DNA of 64,000 nt from an uncultured Candidatus Binatia bacterium (GCA_965214605.1 OZ243961.1:1472001-1536000); one strand, 5' to 3'; counted from the stretch's first letter, positions 11,952 to 23,245 are shown. The notes: a model not told the origin generated them from the letters alone. A program made the numbers and translations.

Positions 11952-13142
11952 ATGAACGCGTTACAAAAACGTTTCGAAGCGCTGTTTTCGATCGGAACGG
12001 AGATTTCTTCGACCTTGCAGCTCGACGAGGTTCTGAGCCGAGTTGCGGCCCACGCCTGTCGGCTGATGGAGGCGCGAGTTGCCTCCCTGTTGCTGATCGA
12101 TACCGAACGCGGCACCCTCCGCCCCGCCGCGACCTACGGCGCTAGCGACGCCTATCTGGCCCTGCCTGATCGAGAGGTCGCTTCGAGTTTAATCAGTCAG
12201 GTCATCACCACCGGCCGACCGCTGCACATTCCGGATGTGCGCAAAGAAACCCGCTATCGCGTCTCCGACGTGGCGCGCCGGGAAGGCCTGTGTACACTGT
12301 TGTCGATCCCGCTGCGAACCAAAACAGCGATCGTTGGCGTACTCAACGTGTATACTGGTGAACCGCGCTGTTTTGATGACGACGACTTGCGGCTGTTGAC
12401 CTTGCTGGCCAGCCAGTCAGCCATCGCCATTGAAAACGCAAAGTTGCATCGCGATGAAATGGAGACCCATGAACGGCTGCGCCAGTCAGGAAAATTGGCC
12501 GCGCTAGGAACCTTATCGGCCGGTTTTGCCCATGAGCTGCGCAATCCCCTCAACACGGTCAGCATGCTCATATATGCCATGGGCCAAGACATGTCGACCA
12601 ACAATGCTTTCGCGGCCGATATTGAGATCGTGAAGAGCGAGCTCGCCCGCATGTCGCTGCTGATCGAGCAATTTCTCGAATTTGCCCGCCCGCGCCCACC
12701 CCACTTTCAACGGGAACGGATCGAAGAAGTTATGGAAGAAACCTTGCTGTTGATCGGGCTGGAAGCCCGAACGCGGGGGATTCGGGTGATCAGAGACTGG
12801 TCTAAAGACCTGCCCCCAGTCTGGGCCGACGGGACACAGATCAAGCAAGTCTTTCTGAATCTGTTACTCAACGCCATGCAGGCTATGGGCCATGGCGGCA
12901 CCCTGACCGTACGCATCGTGGTCAGTGGCGGCAGTCTGCTGACCATCATTATCGACGAGGGCGAGGGTATTTCGCCCGAGGTCCGGGCCAAACTGTTTGA
13001 GCCGTTTTGTAGCACCAAACAGGGAGGGACTGGGCTGGGCTTAGCGATTTCCCAACGGATTATTGAGTGTCATAACGGCCGACTTCGCCTGTCCTCTCAG
13101 CCGGGAGCAGGAACCGCAGCGATTATCCGTCTCCCCTTATAA
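11952..13142 (+). CDS. Cytoplasmic GAF-domain sensor histidine kinase (NtrB-like position)
   Basis: GAF domain, H-box FAHELRNPL, N-box QVFLNLLLNA, G-boxes DEGEGI and GTGLGL; no TM segments. Confidence 0.9.
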   Translation: MNALQKRFEALFSIGTEISSTLQLDEVLSRVAAHACRLMEARVASLLLIDTERGTLRPAATYGASDAYLALPDREVASSLISQVITTGRPLHIPDVRKETRYRVSDVARREGLCTLLSIPLRTKTAIVGVLNVYTGEPRCFDDDDLRLLTLLASQSAIAIENAKLHRDEMETHERLRQSGKLAALGTLSAGFAHELRNPLNTVSMLIYAMGQDMSTNNAFAADIEIVKSELARMSLLIEQFLEFARPRPPHFQRERIEEVMEETLLLIGLEARTRGIRVIRDWSKDLPPVWADGTQIKQVFLNLLLNAMQAMGHGGTLTVRIVVSGGSLLTIIIDEGEGISPEVRAKLFEPFCSTKQGGTGLGLAISQRIIECHNGRLRLSSQPGAGTAAIIRLPL

Positions 13143-13157
13143 TTGACAACATGATGG

Positions 13158-14564
13158 ATGCATATGGATAAGATTCTTGTAGTTGATGACGAACGCAACG
13201 TCCATTATTCATTCCAACGCGTCTTGGGCGGTGCATACGAGGTCGTGTCGGCGTACTCGGGCGAAGAGGCGCTGCAACAGATCGGCGATCCCGCCCTACG
13301 GCTAGTCCTGATGGACGTCCGTATGCCGGGCAAAGACGGGCTGACAACGCTCCAGGAACTCAAGCAACAACGGCCCGGTCTGCCGGTGATTATCATGACC
13401 GCCTTTGTGTCGGCCGAGACCGCGATTCAAGCCACAACCTTTGACGCCGAGGATTATCTTGAAAAACCACTTGATGTTGAGACGCTCAAGCAACTGATTA
13501 CCGATACTCTCCAGCACCCGCTCCGAGCCGGAATCGGCGCGGGAGAAACACCAGATGAGGCGGTCAGCCCAGACGCGATGACACCCGGCGGCGTGTCCTT
13601 GTTTGGCCAAAGCCGGGCGATGCAAGAAGTGTATAAGACGATCGGGAAAACCGCGGCTCGCGACGTGACCGTTCTCATCACCGGAGAGAGCGGGACCGGC
13701 AAAGAATTAGTCGCTCGCGCGATCAAGACCTACTCAAAACGTGACCGTGGTCCTTTTGTGGCGCTGAACTGTGCCGCCATTCCAGAATCCTTACTAGAGA
13801 GTGAACTCTTTGGCCATGAACGCGGTGCCTTTTCCGGGGCAACCGAGGCGCGACCGGGCAAGTTTGAGTTGGCTCATAGAGGGACGCTTTTTCTGGATGA
13901 AATCGGCGATATGCCCCTCGTTTTGCAGTCGAAGCTGCTGCGCATGCTCCAGGAACGGGAGCTGTATCGACTGGGCGCTCGCGCTCCTAGACCGGTCGAT
14001 GTACGCATCATTGCGGCCACCAACCAAGCCCTAGAGGACCTAGTACAAACGGGGCAATTTCGTGAAGATTTATACTACCGGCTCAATGTGGTGCGTATCA
14101 ACCTCCCTCCGCTGCGCGAGCGGGGAGGCGATATTATGTTATTGGCGAACCGTTTTCTCCAACGCCAACGCACCGTACGGGGGCCGTGCCGCTTTTCCGA
14201 AACTGCCCACCAGACGCTCCTCGACTATGCCTGGCCGGGTAATGTGCGTGAGTTGGAGAACGTCATCGCCCAGGCTATTCTGCGCACCCGGAGTCCGGTT
14301 ATTCAGGCTGAGGACCTCGCGCTGCACGTAAGTCGGCCGCCTTCAACAACGGCATCCCAGGAAGCGGCCCCGATGAGCTCTTCGAGCGTCGACCTAGCGG
14401 TCCTCTTTGATCAGCACGCCGGCAACGTCTTCGCCGCTGCTGAGCAGCTACTGGTCAGTAAGGCGCTTGAGCTTACCCGTTACAATCAGGTCCGAGCTGC
14501 GCGTTTGCTCGGCATCAGCCGCAATGTCCTGCGTGACCGGATGAAACGCTACAGCCTGCGGTAA
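13158..14564 (+). CDS. Sigma-54-dependent response regulator (NtrC family; REC-AAA+-Fis HTH)
   Basis: VVDDE/DVRMPG receiver, GESGTGKE, ESELFGHERGAFSGA, FLDEIG, WPGNVRELEN, NQVRAARLLGISRN. Confidence 0.93.
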   Translation: MHMDKILVVDDERNVHYSFQRVLGGAYEVVSAYSGEEALQQIGDPALRLVLMDVRMPGKDGLTTLQELKQQRPGLPVIIMTAFVSAETAIQATTFDAEDYLEKPLDVETLKQLITDTLQHPLRAGIGAGETPDEAVSPDAMTPGGVSLFGQSRAMQEVYKTIGKTAARDVTVLITGESGTGKELVARAIKTYSKRDRGPFVALNCAAIPESLLESELFGHERGAFSGATEARPGKFELAHRGTLFLDEIGDMPLVLQSKLLRMLQERELYRLGARAPRPVDVRIIAATNQALEDLVQTGQFREDLYYRLNVVRINLPPLRERGGDIMLLANRFLQRQRTVRGPCRFSETAHQTLLDYAWPGNVRELENVIAQAILRTRSPVIQAEDLALHVSRPPSTTASQEAAPMSSSSVDLAVLFDQHAGNVFAAAEQLLVSKALELTRYNQVRAARLLGISRNVLRDRMKRYSLR

Positions 14565-14656
14565 CCAGCGTCGGGCAGTCTGATCATTTTCACTGGCCCG
14601 AGCATACGCGAGGTGCAGGATCTGAGAGTCAGTGTATATTTAAGGAGGTTGTACAT

Positions 14657-14920
14657 ATGTCGTGGCTAGAGCAAATAGTTGATCGGCTTGCCGCTACCAG
14701 CGGACAATCGGCCGAATCTCTTGTTGTGACTCCGGATCAGGTGCGAGAGCTACTTGATCTGGCTGGAGGGGCGGCGCGCAGCAGCGGCAACCGAATCAAT
14801 GCACCGCTGCTGTGCTACGTGCTAGGTCTCGCCGTGGGACGAGGAGCAGCGTTCAATGGGCTGGCCGAAGCAGTTCGTGAAGCGCTGGCCGACGAGGATT
14901 CGGACACGACGGACGACTAA
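14657..14920 (+). CDS. Small protein resembling DUF6457
   Basis: SD TAAGGAGG; LLDLA..AA.....NAPLLCYVLG pattern recalled from DUF6457. Confidence 0.55.
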   Translation: MSWLEQIVDRLAATSGQSAESLVVTPDQVRELLDLAGGAARSSGNRINAPLLCYVLGLAVGRGAAFNGLAEAVREALADEDSDTTDD

Positions 14921-14976
14921 ACAGCGTATCGACCCCGTCCTTGTTTATCATTCTCAGTCCGAGAGTATCAGAGGTC

Positions 14977-15560
14977 ATGGCCAGGCTCAGAACAACACAA
15001 ACTCGATACCCATATTCTCTACCAGATTGCGACACTGCACTGGCCCGAGCTTGACGCGGCGAGCAAGACACGGTTGTGCACTCTCCCCTTCTGGGACGAG
15101 GCGGCGGTAACAGCACGCACCGCCACCGCTAAAATGCAGGCCCGGGCGGAGCTGGAGGCAGATTCCCTTATCCACCAGGCTATTGCGCTCCAAGGCTTGG
15201 AAGAGGTGCGCCCCTCACAGCTGCTCGGATCCCTGCCGCAGACTTATGATGTCTGTCCTCCCAGCGAGAGCGCTCTTACCCTGTCGACCGCCTTCTCGGC
15301 AGATATCGAGTGAGCCTTTTATGCCAACCGACTATAGGGAGTGCTTTGATTCCTTTTTTGCCTTTAGCCTGTTTACCCGGCCCCTCGGGCTCTTTCCCGC
15401 CCGCGCTGAGAGAACTCTTCGAGCCCATCGTCCAAGCGGCAGCCACCCATTCCCATGGGCGGCCCCCTGGCGACGCTGACCATCCAGGCCTGGAGGAGGT
15501 GGCTACAGACGGCCCGTGGTATGGACAAGGAACACTATACTATACGAGGCCACGCCGCCA
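14977..15560 (+). pseudogene. Decayed ferritin-like domain protein (boundaries approximate)
   Basis: Fragments WPELDA..RL.TLPFWDEA, AIALQGLEE.R, Y.ECFDSFFAF.LF and ALRELFEPIVQ in different frames, with stops. Confidence 0.55.
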
Positions 15561-15651
15561 TCGACGATTGAGCAGGGACGGTCAACGTCTGGGGTGCCCA
15601 CTTATCACTAGGGCTGTGCGTTGGGTTTTGGGCGAGCCAAGAGCCGACGGC

Positions 15652-16764
15652 TCAGCGCACGCTTTGGTAGCCCGGCGTCCTATCCTTGGAAAACACAATC
15701 TGCCACAGCTGAAGGCGATGGGCCTCAAACCCAGCGGCGAAGGACAATAGGTAATACTCCCACATGCGCCGAAACTGCTCGTCGTAGCGATCCTGTAAGC
15801 TGGGCCAGCTGTTCCGAAAATTGCTGCACCAGGCGCGCAGCGTTCTAATATAATCGGCGCCAAAATTGTGCCAGTCTTCCATCACCAATAGTCCGTCTAT
15901 GGCTTCTCCGAGCTGCTTGACAGACGGCAGGGTACCGCCCGGGAAAATATATTTGTTGATCCACGGATCGCCGCTGTGGACGGTCCGGTTCAGGCCCATC
16001 GTATGTAACAGGAAGAGACCGGCGGGCTCAAGGCAGGCGTCAACGACTCGAAAAAAATCTGGGTAGTTTTTATAGCCGACGTGCTCGAACATGCCGATTG
16101 AGACGATCGCGTCGAACTGTCCGTTGATCTCGGCTCTCAGCTTACGATAATCTTGTAGCATGATTTCAACTGGTAGCCCGCGGCACAGCCCATCGGCCAG
16201 TATCTGCTGTTCTTTGGAAACCGTGATACCGACCACCTCGACCTGATACTGCTGAGCCGCGTACTTAGCAAAACTGCCCCATCCGCAGCCAATATCGAGT
16301 ACCCGCATACCGGGCTGCAGCTGGACTTTCTGACAGATGAGTTCCAGCTTGGCCTCTTGGGCTTCATCCAGCGTCGCCGCCTTCTTCCAGTAGCCGCAGC
16401 TATAGACCATGCGCTTGTCTAACATTTTTTTGTACAGGTCGTTGCCGATATCGTAGTGTCGCTCGCCGATCTCAAAGGCCCGGGCTTTCCGCTGCTGATT
16501 CATCAACCTAGCAACTAGCGTATGGAGCCGTTCGCGGAGCGAACTGACTTTCTCATCAAGGCGTGCCTTGAGGATCTTGGCCAGGCATTGATCAAGCGCT
16601 TGACAGTCCCACCAACCGTCCACATAGGACTCTCCGAGCCCGAGCGAGCCGGATCCCAAAATCCGCCGATAAAAACGGGGATTACGGACGTGGATATCCC
16701 ACGGCCGGTCGCCGTCTATCTGAATATCCGCTTGGGCGAGGAGATTCCGCAGGGTGTCTTGCAT
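15652..16764 (-). CDS. cfa: Cyclopropane-fatty-acyl-phospholipid synthase
   Basis: GSLGLGESY, HYDIGNDLY, YSCGYW, LDIGCGWG, SIGMFEHVG, WINKYIFPGG. Confidence 0.95.
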   Translation of the reverse strand: MQDTLRNLLAQADIQIDGDRPWDIHVRNPRFYRRILGSGSLGLGESYVDGWWDCQALDQCLAKILKARLDEKVSSLRERLHTLVARLMNQQRKARAFEIGERHYDIGNDLYKKMLDKRMVYSCGYWKKAATLDEAQEAKLELICQKVQLQPGMRVLDIGCGWGSFAKYAAQQYQVEVVGITVSKEQQILADGLCRGLPVEIMLQDYRKLRAEINGQFDAIVSIGMFEHVGYKNYPDFFRVVDACLEPAGLFLLHTMGLNRTVHSGDPWINKYIFPGGTLPSVKQLGEAIDGLLVMEDWHNFGADYIRTLRAWCSNFRNSWPSLQDRYDEQFRRMWEYYLLSFAAGFEAHRLQLWQIVFSKDRTPGYQSVR

Positions 16765-17039
16765 GGCCTAGTCTCCTTGCGCTGACAGCCGGCGTCAGAA
16801 GGCCAACGGCAATTAAAGTGCGGAGAAAAAAGCAGCGCTTTTTCTCAGTCTCCGGTCGTAGACAATCATACTGGAATGTATCTGGACTACTACGGAAGCA
16901 CAGTTGGGAACTGATAGCAAGTCAATGACTGCCATGGTCTGAGAGACCAGGAACTAGGATTGGAGACAATCGCCCACTGGGCCCCTGACAAGCCTCGTGT
17001 GAAGGCCAACGGCAAAAGTAAAACAGTCCCGGCTTAAAG

Positions 17040-17520
17040 CGTCAAAAGCCACCGCGGTGAAGAAGCAATCGCAGCTCGGTCGATTTTTTACACCGGCAAG
17101 AGCGGCGTGGGGCCATTCGTCAGGAGCCGGGAGCGGCTCTCTGAGTGCGGCCTTGAAAGATTGGCCGCTGATGCTTTTGAGCTTGACTAGTTCCTGCATC
17201 CTTATTGAATGAGAAGCTCGAGAAATACAAGCAGCATCTCAATATCGCGTTATACGTCGGCGAGGCGACTTCATAGAAACTGCGGTGCAATCAATGTGTG
17301 GGAGTCTTTTTCCCACAAGCTCTTCCCTGCACCCACCCTCCTGAATCCGCCGGACAAGCCAATTTCTTCATACTGCAGCCTTACGCAGGGCTGGTCTTGA
17401 AACGGGCACTCTCTACCCATCTTCGCCTACCTTCTCTCTTATCCTTGTTGAAAATCATGGTCAGCCTCTCGCCCTCATCTCACCCAACTTCTGCAACGGT
17501 TCGCACCATCGCCTTTTCAC
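17040..17520 (+). pseudogene. Decayed N6-adenine DNA methyltransferase (BsuBI/PstI-type), N-terminal half
   Basis: Relics in the correct order: SQLGRFFTPA (about 17070), motif I GAGSGSLSAA (17123), AFELD, GDFIETA, LLNPPDKPI (degenerate NPPY, 17344), GLETGTLY, FCNG (17489). Frameshifts and stops throughout. Confidence 0.7.
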
Positions 17521-17599
17521 GAGTTTATCGAGGAGTGCACCGCAATCCAAAGCTGAAGCCCGGAAGCTTAGGACGATAAATTAACGGGTTCTCTTGTCC

Positions 17600-18125
17600 C
17601 ACGCGAGACACTGGCTGCAAGATATGCTAAGGAGTGCTGGCAAAACCGAGTTCCGGCACAAAATCGCACGAGCAAGAGGATAAACCTGATTCTTAGTGAA
17701 CACAGTCAGCTTATTCGGGCGATTATTCAGGACTTCGGACCCCGTTCTCCGCCCGGGTAGCGTGCTCATCTGTGTCGTGGACGTAGGAGACAAGGGGGGC
17801 TGTTTTGATGCATCATTTGCTCACCGATCTCGCCGTCGATGTTGATCTGCACAATAAAATGCCGGATGTGGTGATTTACGATACTCGACACAGCTGGGGC
17901 TTTTTCTGGTCGAGTCCGCCACAAGTCATAGGCCGGTTGATGGAAAACGACACGCCGAGCTAGTCCGATTGTTCACAGGGGCAAAAGTGGGGACACTCTA
18001 TAATAACGGCATTCCCGACCCGGGCCCCTATGGACCGATCCCTTGGAGACATTGCGTGGGAAACCGAAGTGCCTCCTGCCGAGGCACCATCGCAGTTCAT
18101 CCACTTCGATGGTAAATCTCCTAGA
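17600..18125 (+). pseudogene. Decayed BsuBI/PstI-family type II restriction endonuclease, C-terminal half
   Basis: RETLAARYAKE, EHSQLIRAIIQDFGPR, DLHNKMPDVV, LVESATSHRPVDGKRHAEL, TAFP, DIAWETEV, IHFDG across several frameshifts. Confidence 0.8.
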
Positions 18126-18251
18126 ATCGCATCATGCTCCCTAACAAGGCGGTGTCTCATATCTCCAGAACTCGATTATTTCTAGGCCACAGCCGTCAAC
18201 AATGAGACCTCGTTGGCAGGAGATTTCATGAGAGTTGAGTAAGGAAGGTCG

Positions 18252-20762
18252 ATGCCAGAACAAGAAAAACCGCAGCCGCCTCCCGTAGAGCTCCCGTCGC
18301 CAACGCCGATTATTCTGCGTGACGGCACGACGGCGTACCTGCGTCCGGCCCGATCAGACGACGTTGAAAAGCTCCAAGCGTTATTTGAGCGCGCCTCGCT
18401 AGAGTCAGTATGGTTGCGTTTCTTCACCGCCTCAACCCGGGTTAGTCGCCGCGAGATCGACCGCATGCTCGATATCGACGGCGTCGCCCGAATGACCTAT
18501 GTGGTCACCCGGGGCGAGGAGGCCGAGGAGCAAATCCTGGCTATTGGTAACTATGTCCGTCTGCCACGTTGGGATACGGCTGAGGTCGCCTTCTTCGTCG
18601 ATGACGCCTACCACGGGAGAGGCCTCGGTACGGTCCTATTGGAACGCTTGACCGCCTATGCCAAGCAGCAGCACATCCTCACTATTGTGGCGACTGTCCG
18701 ACCGGAGAACAGCAAGATGCTCGAAGTGTTCCGCCAAAGTGGCTTTGAACCGCATATCGCTTGGGACGAAGGGGTGATGCGGGTCGAGCTGCCGGCTACG
18801 CCCAGTGAGAAGGCGCGCGCCCAAGCCGAAGCCCGTGAGAAAATCGCAACCGCGGCCTCGCTTGATCCCTTCTTCCGGCCTCAATCCATCGCCGTGATCG
18901 GCATTTACCATCTGCACGAACTCGGCCGACGCGTCTTTGAACAGCTCATTCGGACCGGATTTAACGGTCCGGTCTATCCGGTTCATCCCCATGCCCGGTC
19001 GATTGCTGCAGTCCGTGCCTTTCCCTCTATTGCTGAGATTCCCGACGAGATTGAGCTAGCGATTCTGGCTGTTCCGGCCGATCAGATTCTGGCCGAGCTA
19101 GACGCCTGTGCGACCAAACACGTCCGGGTCGTTCTGGTGCTATCAACCGGCTTTGAAGAGACCGACGCTGAGGGATTGCAACGCCAAAACACGCTGCTCA
19201 AAAAGGCGCGGGCCCACGGGATGCGGGTGGTAGGCCCCAACTGCATCGGGCTGCTCAATACCGCCCCAGACATCAGCCTGAATGCCACCGTCATTCCCAA
19301 CCCAGTTCAGCCCGGTCGGATTGCCATCTCGACCCAAAGCGGGGCGCTTGGGGTGGCCGCGCTCGGCTATCTCCAGACCTCAGATCTTGGCATCTCCATG
19401 TTTGTCAATGTCGGTAATAAAGCCGACGTGTCTGGCAATGATCTGCTCCAATACTGGGAGGAAGATCCGTCAACCGACCTGATTTTGCTCTACCTCGAAT
19501 CCTTCGGGAATCCGCGCAAGTTTGCTCGTATAGCTCGACGGGTGGCCCGGCGGAAACCCATTGTCGCGATCAAAAGTGGCCGGAGCGCGGTCGGAGACAC
19601 GTATGGGGACTATGATGAGTACGCTACAGAGGCATTATTCCGCCAGGCCGGTGTGATTCGGGCAGAGACCCTGGAAGAGAGTTTTGATATTGCCACACTC
19701 TTAACCCGCCAACCGCTGCCGGCCGGAAATCGGGTTGCGGTTGTCACCAACACCGCTGGCCTGGCTGGCCTGTGTGTGGACGCCGGTGAGGCCTACGGGC
19801 TTCAGTTTCCGGCCCTGAGCCCGGCTACAGTTGAAGCTTGCCGAGGGTTGCTCCCGCGTGAGGTCGCGCTTGACAACCCGCTGAATCTGCGCCTCGAAGC
19901 CCAACCCGAACACTATAGAACGGCTGTCCAACACGTGCTGAGCGATCCCAATACCGACGCCGTGATCGCCCTGTATGTTCCAATGGGCAACGCCACACGA
20001 CAGGAATTAGCAGAGGTGCTGAGTCAAACCGTGTCCATCGCCGGGCCACAGCCGGGCCGGGCAAAGCCGGTTCTAGCTTGTTTTTTACACCAAGACGCAT
20101 CAGTGATGGGACAAGGCACGGCCAACACTGCGACGAACCTGCCCTTTTTTCGTTTTCCTGAAGCGGCCGCCCGTTCGCTAGCCCATGCAGCGAGATATGC
20201 GGCCTGGCAGTGCAGGCCGCAGGATGCGGTATCTGAACCAAGCCAGGTAGACGCCCAGACCGCTCGCCGCGTGATTGAAACGGCTCTCGACGATCACGGC
20301 CAGGCAGAGCTCGGCCAACGGGCAAGCCGTGAGGTACTCGCGGCTGCCGGTCTGTTGGTATCCGACGTCGTTGCAGAGACGGACGAAACGACGGTCATCG
20401 TTCGTATGGTTGAAGATGCCAGCTTTGGACCGCTGATTGGTTTTGGTTTGAGCGGGGCAGTAGCGGAAGTTTTACACGACTATGCATTCTGTATCACTCC
20501 CTTAAGCAGAACCGATGCCCAGGACCTAGTGCATTCCATCCGGGGCTTTGGCCTGCTCCAGCGCACCTATTCGGCGGCTGATTTGGCCGCCCTTGAGGAC
20601 GTCCTTTTACGGGTGTCCTGGCTGATCGAAGAATGCCCCGAAATCTCTGCCCTTGAGCTTGAGTCCATCTCCATTCGGACCGGCGGCCAAGGCGTGGTAG
20701 CACGGGACGGGCGCATATCCATCCGACCGGTCAGGTCGGTAGAAGGGCTAGCGTTGGGCTGA
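18252..20762 (+). CDS. Pat-type protein lysine acetyltransferase: N-terminal GNAT fused to NDP-forming acyl-CoA synthetase-like domains
   Basis: AEVAFFVDDAYHGRGLGT; FRPQSIAVIG, GPNCIG, TQSGALG, GNKADVSGNDLL, YLESFGNPRKF; shortened ATP-grasp region (D.SFGPLI.FG). Confidence 0.88.
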   Translation: MPEQEKPQPPPVELPSPTPIILRDGTTAYLRPARSDDVEKLQALFERASLESVWLRFFTASTRVSRREIDRMLDIDGVARMTYVVTRGEEAEEQILAIGNYVRLPRWDTAEVAFFVDDAYHGRGLGTVLLERLTAYAKQQHILTIVATVRPENSKMLEVFRQSGFEPHIAWDEGVMRVELPATPSEKARAQAEAREKIATAASLDPFFRPQSIAVIGIYHLHELGRRVFEQLIRTGFNGPVYPVHPHARSIAAVRAFPSIAEIPDEIELAILAVPADQILAELDACATKHVRVVLVLSTGFEETDAEGLQRQNTLLKKARAHGMRVVGPNCIGLLNTAPDISLNATVIPNPVQPGRIAISTQSGALGVAALGYLQTSDLGISMFVNVGNKADVSGNDLLQYWEEDPSTDLILLYLESFGNPRKFARIARRVARRKPIVAIKSGRSAVGDTYGDYDEYATEALFRQAGVIRAETLEESFDIATLLTRQPLPAGNRVAVVTNTAGLAGLCVDAGEAYGLQFPALSPATVEACRGLLPREVALDNPLNLRLEAQPEHYRTAVQHVLSDPNTDAVIALYVPMGNATRQELAEVLSQTVSIAGPQPGRAKPVLACFLHQDASVMGQGTANTATNLPFFRFPEAAARSLAHAARYAAWQCRPQDAVSEPSQVDAQTARRVIETALDDHGQAELGQRASREVLAAAGLLVSDVVAETDETTVIVRMVEDASFGPLIGFGLSGAVAEVLHDYAFCITPLSRTDAQDLVHSIRGFGLLQRTYSAADLAALEDVLLRVSWLIEECPEISALELESISIRTGGQGVVARDGRISIRPVRSVEGLALG

Positions 20763-20799
20763 TGCGAATGATGTACGGTCAGGGTGCCTAGTAACGGGG

Positions 20800-21062
20800 C
20801 CTCGCGCCGCCCTCTTCAAGTTTAGTCTGCGTTCCGGCTATTGCTGCATGGCCTGCATCTAGCCTGGGCAGCAGCGCGGTGGTCAATCACCAGCAAGCCA
20901 CTCGCGCCATATTTGTTCCAGCCGTTTATATCGGTCGCGCGCAGCTCACCGTTCATGTCCTCAGAATCACCACGCTGCACCCGCGTTCGTCGGGGACCAC
21001 GCGCCGCCTGTACCTGTTCCAGCAACTCCCTCCCAATGATACTCACGCAGTTCAAGCATTGA
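20800..21062 (-). pseudogene. Possible DEAD/DEAH-helicase remnant
   Basis: MLELREY...ELLEQVQAA (Q-motif-like) and LLVID..HRAAA fragments; weak similarity only. Confidence 0.25.
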
Positions 21063-21180
21063 GTTCCCTACGCCCAAGATTGAGGAGCGGATTATAAGGG
21101 ATTCAAAGCCCAGGTTATAGACAGGAGATTCAGCATAGGGCGTTTCTGCCATCGGACGGCAGCAGGACCGGTCCAGCAGG

Positions 21181-22899
21181 CTAAAACAGAAAGTAGCGCT
21201 GGGCCAGCGGTAGGACGCTGGCCGGCTCGCAGGTTAGCAGCTGGCCATCTGCCCGCACCTCATAGGTCTCAGGGTTGACCTCGATGTGCGGCAGGGCGGC
21301 ATTGTGAATCAGGTCTTTTTTACCCACCTGGCGACAGTTGTGGACCGGCACGAGCTGTTTTTGCAGCCCATGCCGCTCGGCTGAGCCGTTTTCATATGCT
21401 GCCCGGGAGACAAAGCTAAGCGACAGGCTGGCCGGCGCACGACCAAAATGGCCGAACATCGGTCGACCAAAGACCGGTTGGGGTGTAGGAATTGAGGCGT
21501 TCGGGTCGCCCATCGCCGCCCAGGCAATAAACCCCCCTTTCAGAACGAGTTCCGGTTTGACGCCAAAAAATTTAGGCTCCCACAACACCAGGTCAGCCAG
21601 CTTACCGACCTCAATCGAGCCGACTTGGTCGGCAATGCCGTGAGTCAAGGCCGGATTAATCGTATATTTGGCTAGGTAACGCTTGACCCGGAAATTGTCG
21701 TTGTCGCCGCTCTCTTCGGCCAAACGCCCGCGCTGGACTCGCATTTTATGGGCCGTCTGCCAGGTACGCAGGATCACCTCTCCGACCCGGCCCATGGCCT
21801 GGGAGTCCGACGCCATCATGCTGAAGGCTCCGATATCGTGCAGCACGTCCTCAGCCGCAATCGTTTCCGGCCGTATGCGCGACTCGGCAAAGGCTACGTC
21901 TTCGGGCACCCCGGGGTCGAGGTGGTGGCACACCATCAACATATCGAGGTGTTCATCAATCGTGTTGACAGTAAACGGCCGGGTGGGGTTGGTGGAAGAC
22001 GGGAGGACGTTGGGCAACCCACACACTCTGATAATGTCTGGGGCATGACCGCCGCCCGCTCCCTCGGTATGGTAGGTATGAATCGTGCGGTCTTTAAAGG
22101 CTGCAATCGTCTCTTCGACAAAACCGGTCTCGTTCAAGGTGTCGGTGTGGATGGCGACCTGAACATCATAGGCATCGGCTACCGACAGTGCACAATCAAT
22201 AGCCGCTGGCGTCGAGCCCCAGTCTTCGTGGAGTTTGAGACCCATCGCACCGGCTTCCAGTTGTTCGCGCAAAGGCTCGGGACGCGAAGCATTGCCCTTG
22301 CCCAAAAAGCCGAGGTTCATGGGAAAGGATTCAATTGATTCGAGCATTCGGACAATATTCCACGGTCCGGGGGTACAGGTGGTGGCATTAGTGCCGGTCG
22401 CTGGGCCGGTTCCACCGCCAAACATGGTGGTAATGCCGGAGGCTAAGGCTTCGGTGATCTGTTGCGGACAGATAAAGTGAATATGGGAGTCAATCCCGCC
22501 CGCGGTCAAGAGCTTGCCCTCTCCAGCCACAATCTCGGTCCCCGGTCCGATCACCAGCTGGGATGACACACCGTCCATCAGCAGCGGGTTACCAGCCTTG
22601 CCGATGCCACAGATACGGCTATTTTTAACCCCTACGTCGGCTTTAACAATGCCCCAATGATCAACCACCGTGGCATTGGTAATCACGAGGTCCGGCGCGC
22701 CTTGGGCCGAGGTCTTGACCGGCGACTGGGCCATGCCATCCCGAATTACCTTGCCGCCGCCAAACTTGACCTCATCACCGTAGACTGCGTGGTCGTGCTC
22801 AATCTCAATTAACAACTCCGTATCAGCCAGACGTACCCGATCGCCAACGGTCGGCCCAAACATCTCCGCATAGTGCTGTCGCTCAATCGTTCGACTCAT
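21181..22899 (-). CDS. ureC: Urease alpha subunit
   Basis: [55 protein letters not shown]. Confidence 0.98.
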   Translation of the reverse strand: MSRTIERQHYAEMFGPTVGDRVRLADTELLIEIEHDHAVYGDEVKFGGGKVIRDGMAQSPVKTSAQGAPDLVITNATVVDHWGIVKADVGVKNSRICGIGKAGNPLLMDGVSSQLVIGPGTEIVAGEGKLLTAGGIDSHIHFICPQQITEALASGITTMFGGGTGPATGTNATTCTPGPWNIVRMLESIESFPMNLGFLGKGNASRPEPLREQLEAGAMGLKLHEDWGSTPAAIDCALSVADAYDVQVAIHTDTLNETGFVEETIAAFKDRTIHTYHTEGAGGGHAPDIIRVCGLPNVLPSSTNPTRPFTVNTIDEHLDMLMVCHHLDPGVPEDVAFAESRIRPETIAAEDVLHDIGAFSMMASDSQAMGRVGEVILRTWQTAHKMRVQRGRLAEESGDNDNFRVKRYLAKYTINPALTHGIADQVGSIEVGKLADLVLWEPKFFGVKPELVLKGGFIAWAAMGDPNASIPTPQPVFGRPMFGHFGRAPASLSLSFVSRAAYENGSAERHGLQKQLVPVHNCRQVGKKDLIHNAALPHIEVNPETYEVRADGQLLTCEPASVLPLAQRYFLF

Positions 22900-22908
22900 C
22901 CCTTGCTC

Positions 22909-23211
22909 CTAGCGAATCGGTTGATGGACGCTGACCAGCTTGGTCCCGTCCGGAAACGTGGCCTCGACCTGGACCAGCTCAATCATCTCGGCTACCCCGT
23001 CCATCACCTCCTCCCGGCCGAGAATCGTCGCCCCGTAGGACATGAGCTCGGAGACCGATTTCCCGTCGCGGGCACCTTCAAGAATCGCGCTGGTAATCAG
23101 GGCCACGGCCTCGGGATAGTTCAGTTTGAGCCCCCGCCCGCGTCGTTCGCGGGCCAGCTGGGCGGCGAGATATATCATCAACTTTTCTTGTTCGTGGGGG
23201 GTCAAGTGCAT
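22909..23211 (-). CDS. ureA: Urease gamma subunit
   Basis: [11 protein letters not shown]...GLKLNYPEA...[19 protein letters not shown]; 100 aa. Confidence 0.97.
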   Translation of the reverse strand: MHLTPHEQEKLMIYLAAQLARERRGRGLKLNYPEAVALITSAILEGARDGKSVSELMSYGATILGREEVMDGVAEMIELVQVEATFPDGTKLVSVHQPIR

Positions 23212-23245
23212 GCAACTCTTCCTCAGTCTGGGCGCTAGACCGACA

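Noticed and set aside
21181-23211. Urease apparently lacking the beta subunit
   Set aside because: Intact ureB is present at 30716-31117 on the other strand.
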